A stretch of 64,000 bases of DNA from an uncultured Thermoplasmatales archaeon (GTDB lineage Archaea > Thermoplasmatota > E2 > DHVEG-1), in contig CAZQXW010000007.1 of assembly GCA_964597365.1 (NCBI GenBank), positions 2,268 to 66,267 of the forward strand, given 5' to 3'. A program made the position numbers and the translations under genes. Below the pieces are notes generated by a model that made no database searches, was not told the DNA's origin, and was given only the letters and a program-made list of their open reading frames with translations. Positions 26,056-35,651 of the stretch are shown one piece after another; position 1 is the stretch's first letter, and the number at the start of each line of letters is the position of its first letter.

Positions 26056-26929
26056 AGAGATGGCCCATCCCGCTCTTCAGGAGCACCTCTCCAAAGGCTT
26101 CCTTATCATACTCCCCAGCTACCCAATCAAGATCGTCTGCCGGAGGGGGTTTTGCTTGTAGCAATTCCAGATTGCGTTCCAGAATCCAAACATTCTGGGC
26201 CACCTTCTCAGCCCAGCTGTCAAAGCCATGCTTGATCAAACCATGTACAACATCTCCGGGTCCCAACTTCAGATCGTTGGCTATCACCGAAGCCACTTTC
26301 TTCGGCATCCGAGGAATCCCTGACACATTATCAGACGGATCGCCGGTAAGCACCTTGAAAACCCACATTCTACTCATAGGTATGGGTTCACAATTGAACT
26401 TCTTGGCGAACTTCGCTCGCAAGGATTCCTCAGTAAACACATCGTTCTGATAGAGAATGTCTCCATATTCGACCAACGGCCACCAATCCCAATCGGTAGA
26501 GGCAAAGAGCCGCTTTTCGTTATGGAACACCCCCATAGCTGTCCAAACAGTGTCATCCGCCTCATACGTTCGAGCAGACACCTGCTCGATACCCATCGGG
26601 GCCAAAGACTCCTTCACCGCCTCCAACGAATCAAGGAAGCTATGCTGAGTTTCCTCGCTCTGATCCGCCCTTTCCTTCTTTCTCTGAGCTTTGTAGATAG
26701 GATATCGAGCCTTCCTCCAAGAATCCCTGCCCTCCCAGACAAACACGATACGCAGCTTCGGGTTTCTCTTTCGCCAGTCAATAGCGAGCCGAGCCACACC
26801 TAACAACATACCGGTCTTCTTTCCTCGGTACTCCAGTAACGGCATACCATAAAAGCTACGAGAGAGAAGATTCATCGCATCGACGAACATAACGCCATAT
26901 GGCTCTTGGAGGTCCTCCAAACTCCTCAC
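26021..26929 (-). CDS. 5'-3' exonuclease / flap endonuclease (RNase H-like, T4 rnh type)
   Basis: FVDAMN, WRKARYPIYKAQR, YEADD, STDWDW, LTGDPSDNVSGIP. Confidence 0.9.
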   Translation of the reverse strand: MRSLEDLQEPYGVMFVDAMNLLSRSFYGMPLLEYRGKKTGMLLGVARLAIDWRKRNPKLRIVFVWEGRDSWRKARYPIYKAQRKKERADQSEETQHSFLDSLEAVKESLAPMGIEQVSARTYEADDTVWTAMGVFHNEKRLFASTDWDWWPLVEYGDILYQNDVFTEESLRAKFAKKFNCEPIPMSRMWVFKVLTGDPSDNVSGIPRMPKKVASVIANDLKLGPGDVVHGLIKHGFDSWAEKVAQNVWILERNLELLQAKPPPADDLDWVAGEYDKEAFGEVLLKSGMGHLYDRLTGGDREE

Positions 26930-27198
26930 CGAGGACCCCCATACTCTTCCCAGTAGGCTTCAAGCCCATGAGCGACCTTGTATTCGATCTTCTCAAGAGT
27001 TTCCTCTTGAGCATCACTCAGACTGGAGAACCTTCCCTCCATAATCCGTTCCTCAATGCTCTCAAGAAACTCCTCCTCCCAGTCATTTACGTCAGCATCT
27101 CCTTGACAGTTTTTCACCCGAGCAAGGATTCCCTTGGCAGCATCGAGCTTCTCAAAATGCTTATCGAGTGAGTCCTTCATCACAACCTCCAAAGACAC
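26926..27198 (-). CDS. hypothetical protein
   Basis: DWEEEFLESI...LSDAQEETLEKI small phage family pattern. Confidence 0.65.
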   Translation of the reverse strand: MSLEVVMKDSLDKHFEKLDAAKGILARVKNCQGDADVNDWEEEFLESIEERIMEGRFSSLSDAQEETLEKIEYKVAHGLEAYWEEYGGPR

Positions 27199-27222
27199 AT
27201 AATCGTACTCTCTACGATTATC

Positions 27223-27726
27223 TTACAGTCTATTCCGCCGAGCCCACTCCGCGATCAACAACGCATCGGCGTCCTTCTGCTTATCGATCTGTTCCTCAAG
27301 GTTCGGGAACAGACGCTTGCCAATGTCCCGCGAAGCTGCCTTCAGTTCCGAAGTTCCCTTGATACCTTTTGGCAGTAGCTCTTTCTGCCATTCTTTCGAG
27401 TCGATGTACTGATATCGCCATCCCATCAACTCAATAGCGATCAAGGTAGCTTCCAAACAACGCATTGCAGAGGTGGTCGCCTTCATCCCGGTCGGGTTGT
27501 TGAACGGGCGCTCAATCACGACCATGGGAGAATCGCCTGCCGGTAGCTCCCGAAGAAAGGCAAGCAACGCCGAGAAGTCGACCCGTGTAATCTGCTGCTT
27601 CTTCTTCGTGTAGCTTTGTTCTTTCTTCGTCGGAGTAGGCCACAGATTATTATCTGCCACACGAGGAGTAACCAGCCCGATACTACCACTCACCCCATTA
27701 TCTATACCGATGTAGCCCTTGGTCAT
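27223..27726 (-). CDS. ruvC: RuvC-like Holliday junction resolvase
   Basis: YIGIDNGVSG, VVIERP, SKEWQK, KDADALLIAEW. Confidence 0.85.
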   Translation of the reverse strand: MTKGYIGIDNGVSGSIGLVTPRVADNNLWPTPTKKEQSYTKKKQQITRVDFSALLAFLRELPAGDSPMVVIERPFNNPTGMKATTSAMRCLEATLIAIELMGWRYQYIDSKEWQKELLPKGIKGTSELKAASRDIGKRLFPNLEEQIDKQKDADALLIAEWARRNRL

Positions 27727-27765
27727 GTCGACATCTCCTTGTATGCAGTGTCACGTACTTCATCC

Positions 27766-29388
27766 TCACCACTTAATAGCTTGCTTGATGTACTCAGGAA
27801 TAAATCGTTTCGCTCGGGTATAGAAGTACCCAAATCCAGAATCGAGTATGTAAGTCACCGCCTTCTCCTTCGGAGATCGAACGGATCGGCCCAGCATCTG
27901 CACAAACGATACGGCCGTAATCCACGTATACCACTCTTGGTTCAGTTCCATTTTCCGCTTGACCACCTTGTCCCCCAAACTGGGATAGGGAATCTTGCAG
28001 AAGACTTGAATCTGACTCAAGTCTCCCTGTAGATCGAGACCCTCTCGAAGACCGCTGGCCACAATGATAGACCCCGGCTTTCGCTTATGCGCCTCCAACA
28101 TATCCTGCGGCCGACGAAAGTCCTTGTTGAAAGTGAAACGCCTGTCCAACAGATTCGCCTGTAGATAGCTCGCAATCTTCTCACTATGCGTCTGGACGAT
28201 CCCCTTCCTGTCCGGGAACCGGTCTGCAATCTGCTGTACGCGCTCTGCGATCCGAGGAAGAGTATCATTGATATTCGCGTAGTTCATCTTCCCCGCAAAC
28301 TTCTTCACTATAGGGCGGTTCTCTGAAGGAAACGAACTGGGGACCTTCACATAGTAAGCTTCTTCAGGATCAATCCCCACCTCTCGACAGAACATTGCCT
28401 TGTCGAGAATCGTGGCACTCATAAGAATCACCCGCTCCCCATAGTTAAACAACCATCGCGTAGCGTAGGCACCTACAAACACCGGCCGAAAGGTCACACT
28501 CGGGGCGTACCGTCCCGAAGTCTTGTAGTCGAACACGAACTCAGACGGGTTGTCTTTCTGCCGTTCGAAGAGATAGTTCCGCATCTGGTGCACCACCTTG
28601 CCAAGGTCCTGCATATGCCGAAGTTCCCCTTTATCGAGACCCACAGCGTTGAACTGTCTCTGCAAGGCCGCGTACTGCTCTTCATACTCCTTCGCTGTCT
28701 CCTGCACAAAACTGTCGTAGTCAGCAATCCGTGTCGCCTCTGGGACCACGATCCCTCCTCGGCTATTGATAGTGAAGCTCAGGAAGTCAGTAAACTTGCC
28801 GGGAATGTTATGCGCCTCATCCACAATCAACAGCTTTCTTCCGTCGTACCCGCCACCATAGCTGTTCTGATAGAAGAAGCTGTCAAAGTTGTGCACCGTC
28901 ACCGGGGCATGCATCGCATGACCCCGAGCTATCGCATAGGGGCATTGTGGATGACCCTCCATCTTCTTCCTACGACAAGGTCCATCCGCACAACTGTCTC
29001 CCGGATCACCTGCCAAACAGGGGTACGCATTCCGACCCTTCATCGTGAACATATCGACGAAGTCCCGTTGGTACTGATCCTGCAAAAGCTTCTGTATCGT
29101 GATGATGTGTGTGCTGTTTGATTGAAACGCAAAGGCACGCGCTACATGGCTCTTACCGCTACCGGTCGGAGCATCTACCACAATGTATCGGTATCCCTGC
29201 TCGAAGGCAGATTCGATCTCTTCGATGACTTCTCGCTGGTGCTCTCGGTAGCCTTGTCCAGCGAAGTAGTCTGTAGCAGGTCCTTGAGTTCCGAATATGT
29301 TTTCTCGCCCACCAGCAACCGAGACAGCCGCTCCCGCTTCATTCTGGGAACCGTCTGGATTAGTTGGTGATGCTTCCCACACAGACAT
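27766..29388 (-). CDS. SF2 helicase, DinG/XPD-like
   Basis: YREHQ Q-motif, APTGSGKS, IVDEAHN, MSAT, EGLDLQGD, QMLGRSVR. Confidence 0.9.
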   Translation of the reverse strand: MSVWEASPTNPDGSQNEAGAAVSVAGGRENIFGTQGPATDYFAGQGYREHQREVIEEIESAFEQGYRYIVVDAPTGSGKSHVARAFAFQSNSTHIITIQKLLQDQYQRDFVDMFTMKGRNAYPCLAGDPGDSCADGPCRRKKMEGHPQCPYAIARGHAMHAPVTVHNFDSFFYQNSYGGGYDGRKLLIVDEAHNIPGKFTDFLSFTINSRGGIVVPEATRIADYDSFVQETAKEYEEQYAALQRQFNAVGLDKGELRHMQDLGKVVHQMRNYLFERQKDNPSEFVFDYKTSGRYAPSVTFRPVFVGAYATRWLFNYGERVILMSATILDKAMFCREVGIDPEEAYYVKVPSSFPSENRPIVKKFAGKMNYANINDTLPRIAERVQQIADRFPDRKGIVQTHSEKIASYLQANLLDRRFTFNKDFRRPQDMLEAHKRKPGSIIVASGLREGLDLQGDLSQIQVFCKIPYPSLGDKVVKRKMELNQEWYTWITAVSFVQMLGRSVRSPKEKAVTYILDSGFGYFYTRAKRFIPEYIKQAIKW

Positions 29389-29549
29389 ACTCCATTCTCC
29401 ACAACGAGCCGTAGCTCGCTTGCTCGCCGGTCAAACACATGGTGTCCCGCCGAGTTCCACGTACTGCCACAATCGGGCCATACGCACTGCCAGTTTACAG
29501 GGGCGCAGACAAGCTGCTGCCACTCCTCGTCATCCTTCGCGTAGGTCAT
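29175..29549 (-). CDS. HNH-like endonuclease
   Basis: CVWPDC...GHHVF...NGVCLCGKHH. Confidence 0.7.
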   Translation of the reverse strand: MTYAKDDEEWQQLVCAPVNWQCVWPDCGSTWNSAGHHVFDRRASELRLVVENGVCLCGKHHQLIQTVPRMKRERLSRLLVGEKTYSELKDLLQTTSLDKATESTSEKSSKRSNLPSSRDTDTLW

Positions 29550-29733
29550 GCTTTCGTTTTCGCCTACGTTGCATCTCACGAAGGACTTGCCCTCTTACCG
29601 GCTCCAAAGGGAGACCAAGTTCCTTGGCAAGCTCTTCCAGATCGTACCGCGATGAGGGGTGTTTGGAAGTCTCAACATACTTGTTGATCTTCTCAAGCTC
29701 CTCATCCGTCCACCGGTGGTATTTTCGAATCAC
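29530..29733 (-). CDS. small Myb/HTH-like DNA-binding protein
   Basis: RWTDEELEKI...LEELAKELGLPLEPVR. Confidence 0.55.
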   Translation of the reverse strand: MIRKYHRWTDEELEKINKYVETSKHPSSRYDLEELAKELGLPLEPVRGQVLREMQRRRKRKHDLREG

Positions 29734-31706
29734 GTCATCACCTCTACCTTAGAAACACCACTCTCCGCGCTTACTTTCAATGTACTTGAAAAGATGTCCC
29801 GCATCTCTGTATGACTCACCATGATCACCTGCGGAAACATCTTCCTGAGCATCTTATTGATCAGACGTACAAGGTCATCTCTACGTCCCGGACTGAGGTT
29901 TCCCATTGCCTCGTCGAGAATCAAATAGTCAACAGAGACATTGGAATTAGCAGCAACCAATTGTGCGATTGCTACACGAACCGCGATGAAGAACATCACC
30001 TTCTCTCCGGCACTCAGCTGACCAAAGGTCCGAGACCCTTTTCTATCAATCAGCGTGAACTCCACCCCCGGCTTTCCTCGGTCCTCCACCTCAACCACGG
30101 CGATCTTCGCGCTATCGAACTCCTGATAGACAGCGGTCGCCCGCTCTTCGATAGCCGCCATGGTCTCCTTCATCAACCGTAGAGGAATCCCGTACCTGTT
30201 CCAAGCACCTATCAGAAGCTTCGCCGCACGCATATTCTGACGATGCTCCTTCATATCCTTCTCACAGTCCGAGATCAGCTTCTTCGCCTTCTTGTTCGAC
30301 TGAAGCGATTGCTGGTGTGCCTTGATCTCTCCCTTAGCCTCAGAGATCGTTGCCGCAGCCTCATCCAACCGGTCGTTCACTTCCTCGATCCTCGTATGAA
30401 GCTCTCTATACTCATCACCAAGCTTCTCCTGTAGGTCGATGTACCGCCCATCTTTCTTCTTCTGTTCAGCTTGAAACCGACTCAGGTCACGATTGATTGT
30501 GGTAAGCCTCTTCTCGATCTCGGAACCTTCCTTGGTAGCCGATTTGATAGAGGCAGAAAGCTCGTCTATCTGTGAAGAGATATCGGTATATCTCTTCAAC
30601 GAATTGCTGTCATGATTGAATTGAGACTTCAGCGTATCAAGCTTCCCGCGCATCTTCTCAACGTCCTCTTTCCAACGATCCACAATCCCGTCGTCGATTG
30701 TTGATCCGCACAGAGGGCAAGTATTACCAATGCCAGAACTCTCCTCAATCGCCTTCTTCTTGAGAGACAGAACGCTTTGAACAGAGCCTATCTGCTGCTG
30801 AAGATCGCCCTTACTCTTCTCCAGAGTTTCCGGGTCCAGTTTGAGTACCTCATCTTCAACACACTTCTTCTTGCGTTCTATCTCTTCCGTGAGCGTCTCC
30901 GACAGATCGCGCTTCTCCTCAAGCAAACGGTCCCGCTCATCCTCCAGATCAGAGATTTGTTGTTCGAGGTTCTTCCGCTCAACCCCGAGTTCTGACTTCT
31001 CGCGGAGAAAGGCTTGATACTTGTCCTCCTCCACCAGAAGATCGTCTTTTTCTCCCTTCAATGATTGCGTATCTTTCGTGGCCCGCTCTATCTCGTACTC
31101 CAGATCGGAAATGGTCTTCTTCAGTTCCTTCTCATCAATGAGAGCAGACTCCGCGCCCGACTTCTTTGATTCGGCAGCATCATGCGCTCTCTTCTCTTCG
31201 TCATACCGCTCCTTGGCAGCCTTCAGAAGCTTCTTATATGGACCCACTTCAGAAAGCTTCTGCAACGCCTCCAGACGGGCAGCAGGCGCTACACGGATCA
31301 GCGTGTCGTGACGAACATCGTGCAGACCGAAAAACGCTGTTAGCATGTAGGTGTCACCGTCCATACCAAGATGGTTCTTCACCCACTCATCCGCCTCTCG
31401 ACCCTTTGCCACCAGCTTCCGATTAATCCGAACTTCAAAGAATCCTGACCCATTGGCTTTCCGACCGCGCCGAACTTCAGTACCATCATCCTCCCAGATA
31501 GTAACCTGATGAGAACCGTCCCCATTGATTCGAGACATGCCAGACATCGTGTCCCGGCCAATCCCAAAGTAGGTGTAAGGAATGGCCTCAAGAAGAGAAC
31601 TCTTCCCTGACCCATTATCCCCGGACACCGAGATCGTAGCGCCCTCCAACTCCACCTCTTCATTCTCGTAGCTAAGGAAGTTCTCCAACCTGATTCGCTT
31701 GATCAT
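29730..31706 (-). CDS. sbcC: Rad50/SbcC (gp46-like) SMC ATPase
   Basis: GDNGSGKSS, coiled coils, CPLC zinc hook, LSAGE signature, LILDE. Confidence 0.95.
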   Translation of the reverse strand: MIKRIRLENFLSYENEEVELEGATISVSGDNGSGKSSLLEAIPYTYFGIGRDTMSGMSRINGDGSHQVTIWEDDGTEVRRGRKANGSGFFEVRINRKLVAKGREADEWVKNHLGMDGDTYMLTAFFGLHDVRHDTLIRVAPAARLEALQKLSEVGPYKKLLKAAKERYDEEKRAHDAAESKKSGAESALIDEKELKKTISDLEYEIERATKDTQSLKGEKDDLLVEEDKYQAFLREKSELGVERKNLEQQISDLEDERDRLLEEKRDLSETLTEEIERKKKCVEDEVLKLDPETLEKSKGDLQQQIGSVQSVLSLKKKAIEESSGIGNTCPLCGSTIDDGIVDRWKEDVEKMRGKLDTLKSQFNHDSNSLKRYTDISSQIDELSASIKSATKEGSEIEKRLTTINRDLSRFQAEQKKKDGRYIDLQEKLGDEYRELHTRIEEVNDRLDEAAATISEAKGEIKAHQQSLQSNKKAKKLISDCEKDMKEHRQNMRAAKLLIGAWNRYGIPLRLMKETMAAIEERATAVYQEFDSAKIAVVEVEDRGKPGVEFTLIDRKGSRTFGQLSAGEKVMFFIAVRVAIAQLVAANSNVSVDYLILDEAMGNLSPGRRDDLVRLINKMLRKMFPQVIMVSHTEMRDIFSSTLKVSAESGVSKVEVMT

Positions 31707-31891
31707 CGGTTTAACACCTCCTCCTCATGAGCCTTTCTCACAACACTGACAGCACGAGGATCAGGATCACCCTCATAATCGATGTGTAGCTTGATCAGAG
31801 CATCGTGGATAGCCGCCTCCATGCTATCCGCATAGACCAAGTACTCTTCTTTGAACGAAGACAACGTAAACGTCACCTCATACAAGATCAT
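31703..31891 (-). CDS. hypothetical protein
   Basis: ATGA overlaps on both sides. Confidence 0.6.
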   Translation of the reverse strand: MILYEVTFTLSSFKEEYLVYADSMEAAIHDALIKLHIDYEGDPDPRAVSVVRKAHEEEVLNR

Positions 31892-32991
31892 CCCAACACC
31901 TCCACTATAAGCTCCTCGCCGATCTTTCGTGCCTGAGTCTTAACCTTCACAGGCTCATCCTGCTCTGAAATCCACTGGAGGAGTAGTTTTTCATGAGAGG
32001 TTGTCATCTGCTGCCGGTCCGTAACTTCAGTTACGTTTTCCGTAACTTTCGTTTCGAGCCGAGTCACATGCCCGTATCGATTGAACAGTTCACGAACCGC
32101 CGCCTCGTTCACAACACCGTACTGCTTGGCAAAGATTGTGACCTTGATAATCGCGTCCTTTGCCACTTCCGCAATCTTCTTCTCATCGAGAGAAGTCTCA
32201 TCCTTGTCTGTAAGGTCGATTTCGATGTGCTGCCATGGAGTTCCCATAGCAGGCAATTCCTTGAGCACATACTTCTGGGGATCATCCAAAGGAATGCTGA
32301 TGTACCCCTTTCGCTCATCTACTTCACCAAAGTTGTTAATCGTAAGGCTGCCCGGATACACCACCCGGCCACTCTTTCCAACGTACTCTCCCTGATTATG
32401 AATGTGCCCGGAGAATACAAGTCCCGGAATCTTTGCGAGGTCTATCGGCAAAGCATCCCCAGCCTCAAAGAAGATGTCGTTTCTGTAGTCACTGGCGGAC
32501 ACCTGCCCATGCGTAACCGCAAAGTCAGCCACTACCTCGTTCCCGGCCATCATCATTGCTTCAAGAGAAAGGGCGCTATCTCGGTAAGCCAAAGGGATGT
32601 GAGGATAGAATGACACCTTTGCGGAACCAGTCGAGTCCTCGACTATCGTGTTGTACGGCTCGGTGTAGACATGCACATTATCAAGCCTCGCCGAGTCCAC
32701 CATCTGCATATTCACGCGATCCGTTCCAGCATCATGGTTTCCCGGTATCACGTAGAACTGAACGGTGGGGAATCGACGAAGGAACGCAAACCATTCCGAG
32801 ATTACGTCTGTAGTAGGATTAAGCCGATTGAAAATGTCCCCCGCAATAACAAGAGCTTGTTTGGTATGCAAAGCCTCGGCAGCCACATAATTGAGAGCAT
32901 CGCGAAGGTCCCGCCGCTGCGAGGGCATCCCCTCAGAAGTGAGAAACGAATCCGCCTCTTTTCCCGCATGTAGATCAGCTATGAGTATCAC
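31888..32991 (-). CDS. sbcD: Mre11/SbcD (gp47-like) nuclease
   Basis: ADLH, AGDIFN, PGNHD, THG, SGHIH phosphoesterase motifs; GTG start with AGGAG SD. Confidence 0.92.
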   Translation of the reverse strand: MILIADLHAGKEADSFLTSEGMPSQRRDLRDALNYVAAEALHTKQALVIAGDIFNRLNPTTDVISEWFAFLRRFPTVQFYVIPGNHDAGTDRVNMQMVDSARLDNVHVYTEPYNTIVEDSTGSAKVSFYPHIPLAYRDSALSLEAMMMAGNEVVADFAVTHGQVSASDYRNDIFFEAGDALPIDLAKIPGLVFSGHIHNQGEYVGKSGRVVYPGSLTINNFGEVDERKGYISIPLDDPQKYVLKELPAMGTPWQHIEIDLTDKDETSLDEKKIAEVAKDAIIKVTIFAKQYGVVNEAAVRELFNRYGHVTRLETKVTENVTEVTDRQQMTTSHEKLLLQWISEQDEPVKVKTQARKIGEELIVEVLG

Positions 32992-34036
32992 GGTGCTCCT
33001 CCATATTCCTAATAATCTCGACCACATCCGCCTGCACTTCAGGCTCATCAAGGATTTTCAGCAACCCTGTCGGGGTATACGCTTTTGATTTGCTCGGAAT
33101 CTTCAACACATCGCTCTTAGACTTCGCCGTACTCTTAAAAGCCCCGACCCACTCCAAGAACGCTATTGTATCTTTCGCTCGATTGATCCCTCGACCATAC
33201 TCGATTACGAACTCCGCTTTACGGTGAGGAGGAAACACCTTGTTCTTTCTAACAGACACTGCAACTTTGGTGGCCAATTCGACCGACTCCTCAACCTCGC
33301 CATAACCCATCAATGTCTTGCCTGTTTGCTTACCACTTCGGGGAGCGCGTATCTCGATCAGATAGCCCGCCCAATAGTCCAGAGCCTTGCCACCCGGTCG
33401 GGTTTCGGGATTACCGAACACCACACCAACCTTCATACGAACCTGATTGATGAAAATCAGCAACGCGCCCTTCTGCTTTACCAAAGGTCCAAGCTTACGA
33501 CACGCCTGACTCATAAGTCGGGCGTGTAGACCTACATGAGCCTCGCCCATGTCTCCTTCAACCTCTGCCTTGGGAGTCAAAGCCGCAACGGAGTCGACAA
33601 CCACCAGACGGTAGCCTTCCTTGATTGCCTTCTCCGCTACGTTAAGAGCCTCTTCACCATACCCCGGCTGAGCAATGGCTACTCTTGAGAGATCGATTCC
33701 CAGCGCCTCCGCATAGCTAACATCAAGGGAATGCTCCGCATCAATGAAAAGCGTGGGCATAAACTTGCCAGAGGAGTCCTCTATGTGCTGCGCCTCTTTC
33801 ACGGCATGCAGAGCAAGAGTGGTTTTTCCACCAGACTCCGGGCCGTAGATTTCAGCAATCCGCCCCCACACGTAACCCACAAACGGATTACCGCTGAGAG
33901 CGATATTCAGCATCATGCTACCAGAAGACAAACCAGCAATGTCCTTCACTCGGGCTGCCTGTTCGTCGGTTAGACCAGACAGTGCCCTCAGATTGAGGAC
34001 ACTGTTGACCTTCTCTCGAAGCTCATTGTGATCCAT
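32975..34036 (-). CDS. recA: RecA recombinase
   Basis: EIYGPESGGKTT, FIDAEH, VVDSVAAL, HARLMSQA, FINQVR. Confidence 0.95.
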   Translation of the reverse strand: MDHNELREKVNSVLNLRALSGLTDEQAARVKDIAGLSSGSMMLNIALSGNPFVGYVWGRIAEIYGPESGGKTTLALHAVKEAQHIEDSSGKFMPTLFIDAEHSLDVSYAEALGIDLSRVAIAQPGYGEEALNVAEKAIKEGYRLVVVDSVAALTPKAEVEGDMGEAHVGLHARLMSQACRKLGPLVKQKGALLIFINQVRMKVGVVFGNPETRPGGKALDYWAGYLIEIRAPRSGKQTGKTLMGYGEVEESVELATKVAVSVRKNKVFPPHRKAEFVIEYGRGINRAKDTIAFLEWVGAFKSTAKSKSDVLKIPSKSKAYTPTGLLKILDEPEVQADVVEIIRNMEEHRDTHS

Positions 34037-34039
34037 GCG

Positions 34040-35107
34040 CTACATCCTTGTCTTGCCGGATTTCTTGGATGCAGAGCCCTTAGACGACGCACGATTTCGT
34101 GTAGCCGTCTTACCCTTGGGAGGGGTTTTCTTCTCGGAAGCAGACTTCTTCGGGGCGGGCTTCTTCTTGGGAGGCGTCTCTTCCTCTTCCTCATCATCCT
34201 CGCCCGGAATATCGTCTTTGAACTCGTCGTTCTCCTCTTCGTCGTCTTCCTCTTCCTCGTCGGATTCAACGTCATCGAGGTAATCGTCATCAGGCTCGTC
34301 CTCCGAATCCTCTTCAAGAGCGACTTCCTCGTCCTCCTCCGGCTCCTCGGAATCCTGACCGCTGAGGTACTCCGCGACCTTCAGAACCTCGTCCTCATCG
34401 ATCTCCCCAAACTGATCAAGATCGAGCTTGGCAAGCTCTTCGGGAATCTCGATTTCGGGCATCTCGGACTCTTCCTCTTCCGCACCCCACACAACCTGTG
34501 TGTACTTGGTGTTACGGCCCTTCCGTCGCTCCTTCTTCGTCCAGAGCACACGGTTTCCGAGGTCCGACCCACTCTTGATGAATGGAGTGTTCTCCCCATT
34601 CCGAAGACCGATAAGGCCCTCCCACTGGGCGGTAGTCAGACTGAGAAGACCGATCTCTGCCGGATTCTCTTCAGCCTCGGTGTCGAAGTCCGCTTCGAGA
34701 TGCTTCCCGGTTTTGTCCTTCACCACGATGTACTGGCCACGGATCGCCTTCAGTATCACTCTACCCTTGGCGCGGAGGTCGTTCGCCTTGTTCTTCAGCT
34801 TGTCAGCTGCGGCGGAATCTCCGTCTTCGCGCATACGCTTTGCCTCTTGGTACATATCCAAAACATGGGCACATACCGGGCAGTTGTCGGCGTCGAATCC
34901 TTTGCCGTCTACACCACCAGCACAGATAACCGCTCTCCTACCTTGCGGCCCCTCGTACCAGTGAGCGAATGAGGTTGAATACTCCAACCCCAAGAGATAC
35001 CACGGAGTCTTCGCATCGGGTATGCTGAGAAAAGGCTGCCCGCCAGACGACTCCATGGCACTGGTTGTTTTTTGAACATCTTCGTCTCTATCAAGACTCT
35101 GAGCCAT
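34040..35107 (-). CDS. single-stranded DNA-binding protein (gp32-like, probable)
   Basis: Position next to recA; H..C...CPVC Zn ligands; long acidic tract then basic tail. Confidence 0.65.
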   Translation of the reverse strand: MAQSLDRDEDVQKTTSAMESSGGQPFLSIPDAKTPWYLLGLEYSTSFAHWYEGPQGRRAVICAGGVDGKGFDADNCPVCAHVLDMYQEAKRMREDGDSAAADKLKNKANDLRAKGRVILKAIRGQYIVVKDKTGKHLEADFDTEAEENPAEIGLLSLTTAQWEGLIGLRNGENTPFIKSGSDLGNRVLWTKKERRKGRNTKYTQVVWGAEEEESEMPEIEIPEELAKLDLDQFGEIDEDEVLKVAEYLSGQDSEEPEEDEEVALEEDSEDEPDDDYLDDVESDEEEEDDEEENDEFKDDIPGEDDEEEEETPPKKKPAPKKSASEKKTPPKGKTATRNRASSKGSASKKSGKTRM

Positions 35108-35117
35108 CAGTGTCCTC

Positions 35118-35621
35118 CTATATGTCTGCGAGCGACCCGCTCTCCCTCAACGAGGAAGATGACAGACTGCTGATCTCAGCATGCGTCAATCGGGCGATCT
35201 CGCGCAGTGTCCAGATTTGATTGTCGTACCCCTTCACGAGCACTGACACCTTCTTGTTGATGTCCACAAGGTCCCGCAGCGTGGACTTTTTCTTCCGATA
35301 CTGGTCCGCGTTATCCAGCATAACCTTAGACTTCTTCCAGCCCTCGGTAGCTTTCGGGTTCCCGTCATGGACATCCATGTACTGTTCTTGGAACCAAAGA
35401 TCGAACTCCTCTTCGGCCTCATCGATCTCTCGCTCCAAAGTAACCTGCAACGCTTTCCAGTACGATAGTCGCGCCGGAAGCTCGTTGAGGTATTGCTTGA
35501 TCTCTGATACCGACAGGTCCCTGAGAACCAGATTATCGGCTACAGCCGAACTGTAGGTTCGCCCTTTGTACTCGAACTCAATGTCTATCGGACCAAGATC
35601 AAGAAGGCTTTTCTTAGCCAT
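35118..35621 (-). CDS. helical protein, possible UvsY-like recombination mediator
   Basis: All-helical; adjacent to SSB/recA. Confidence 0.4.
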   Translation of the reverse strand: MAKKSLLDLGPIDIEFEYKGRTYSSAVADNLVLRDLSVSEIKQYLNELPARLSYWKALQVTLEREIDEAEEEFDLWFQEQYMDVHDGNPKATEGWKKSKVMLDNADQYRKKKSTLRDLVDINKKVSVLVKGYDNQIWTLREIARLTHAEISSLSSSSLRESGSLADI

Positions 35622-35651
35622 AATTATCTCCTCATAGGTTCATAATCGTAC

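Noticed and set aside
34180-34400. Repetitive tcctc/tcgtc tract
   Set aside because: Codon repetition of the acidic SSB tail, not an independent DNA repeat.
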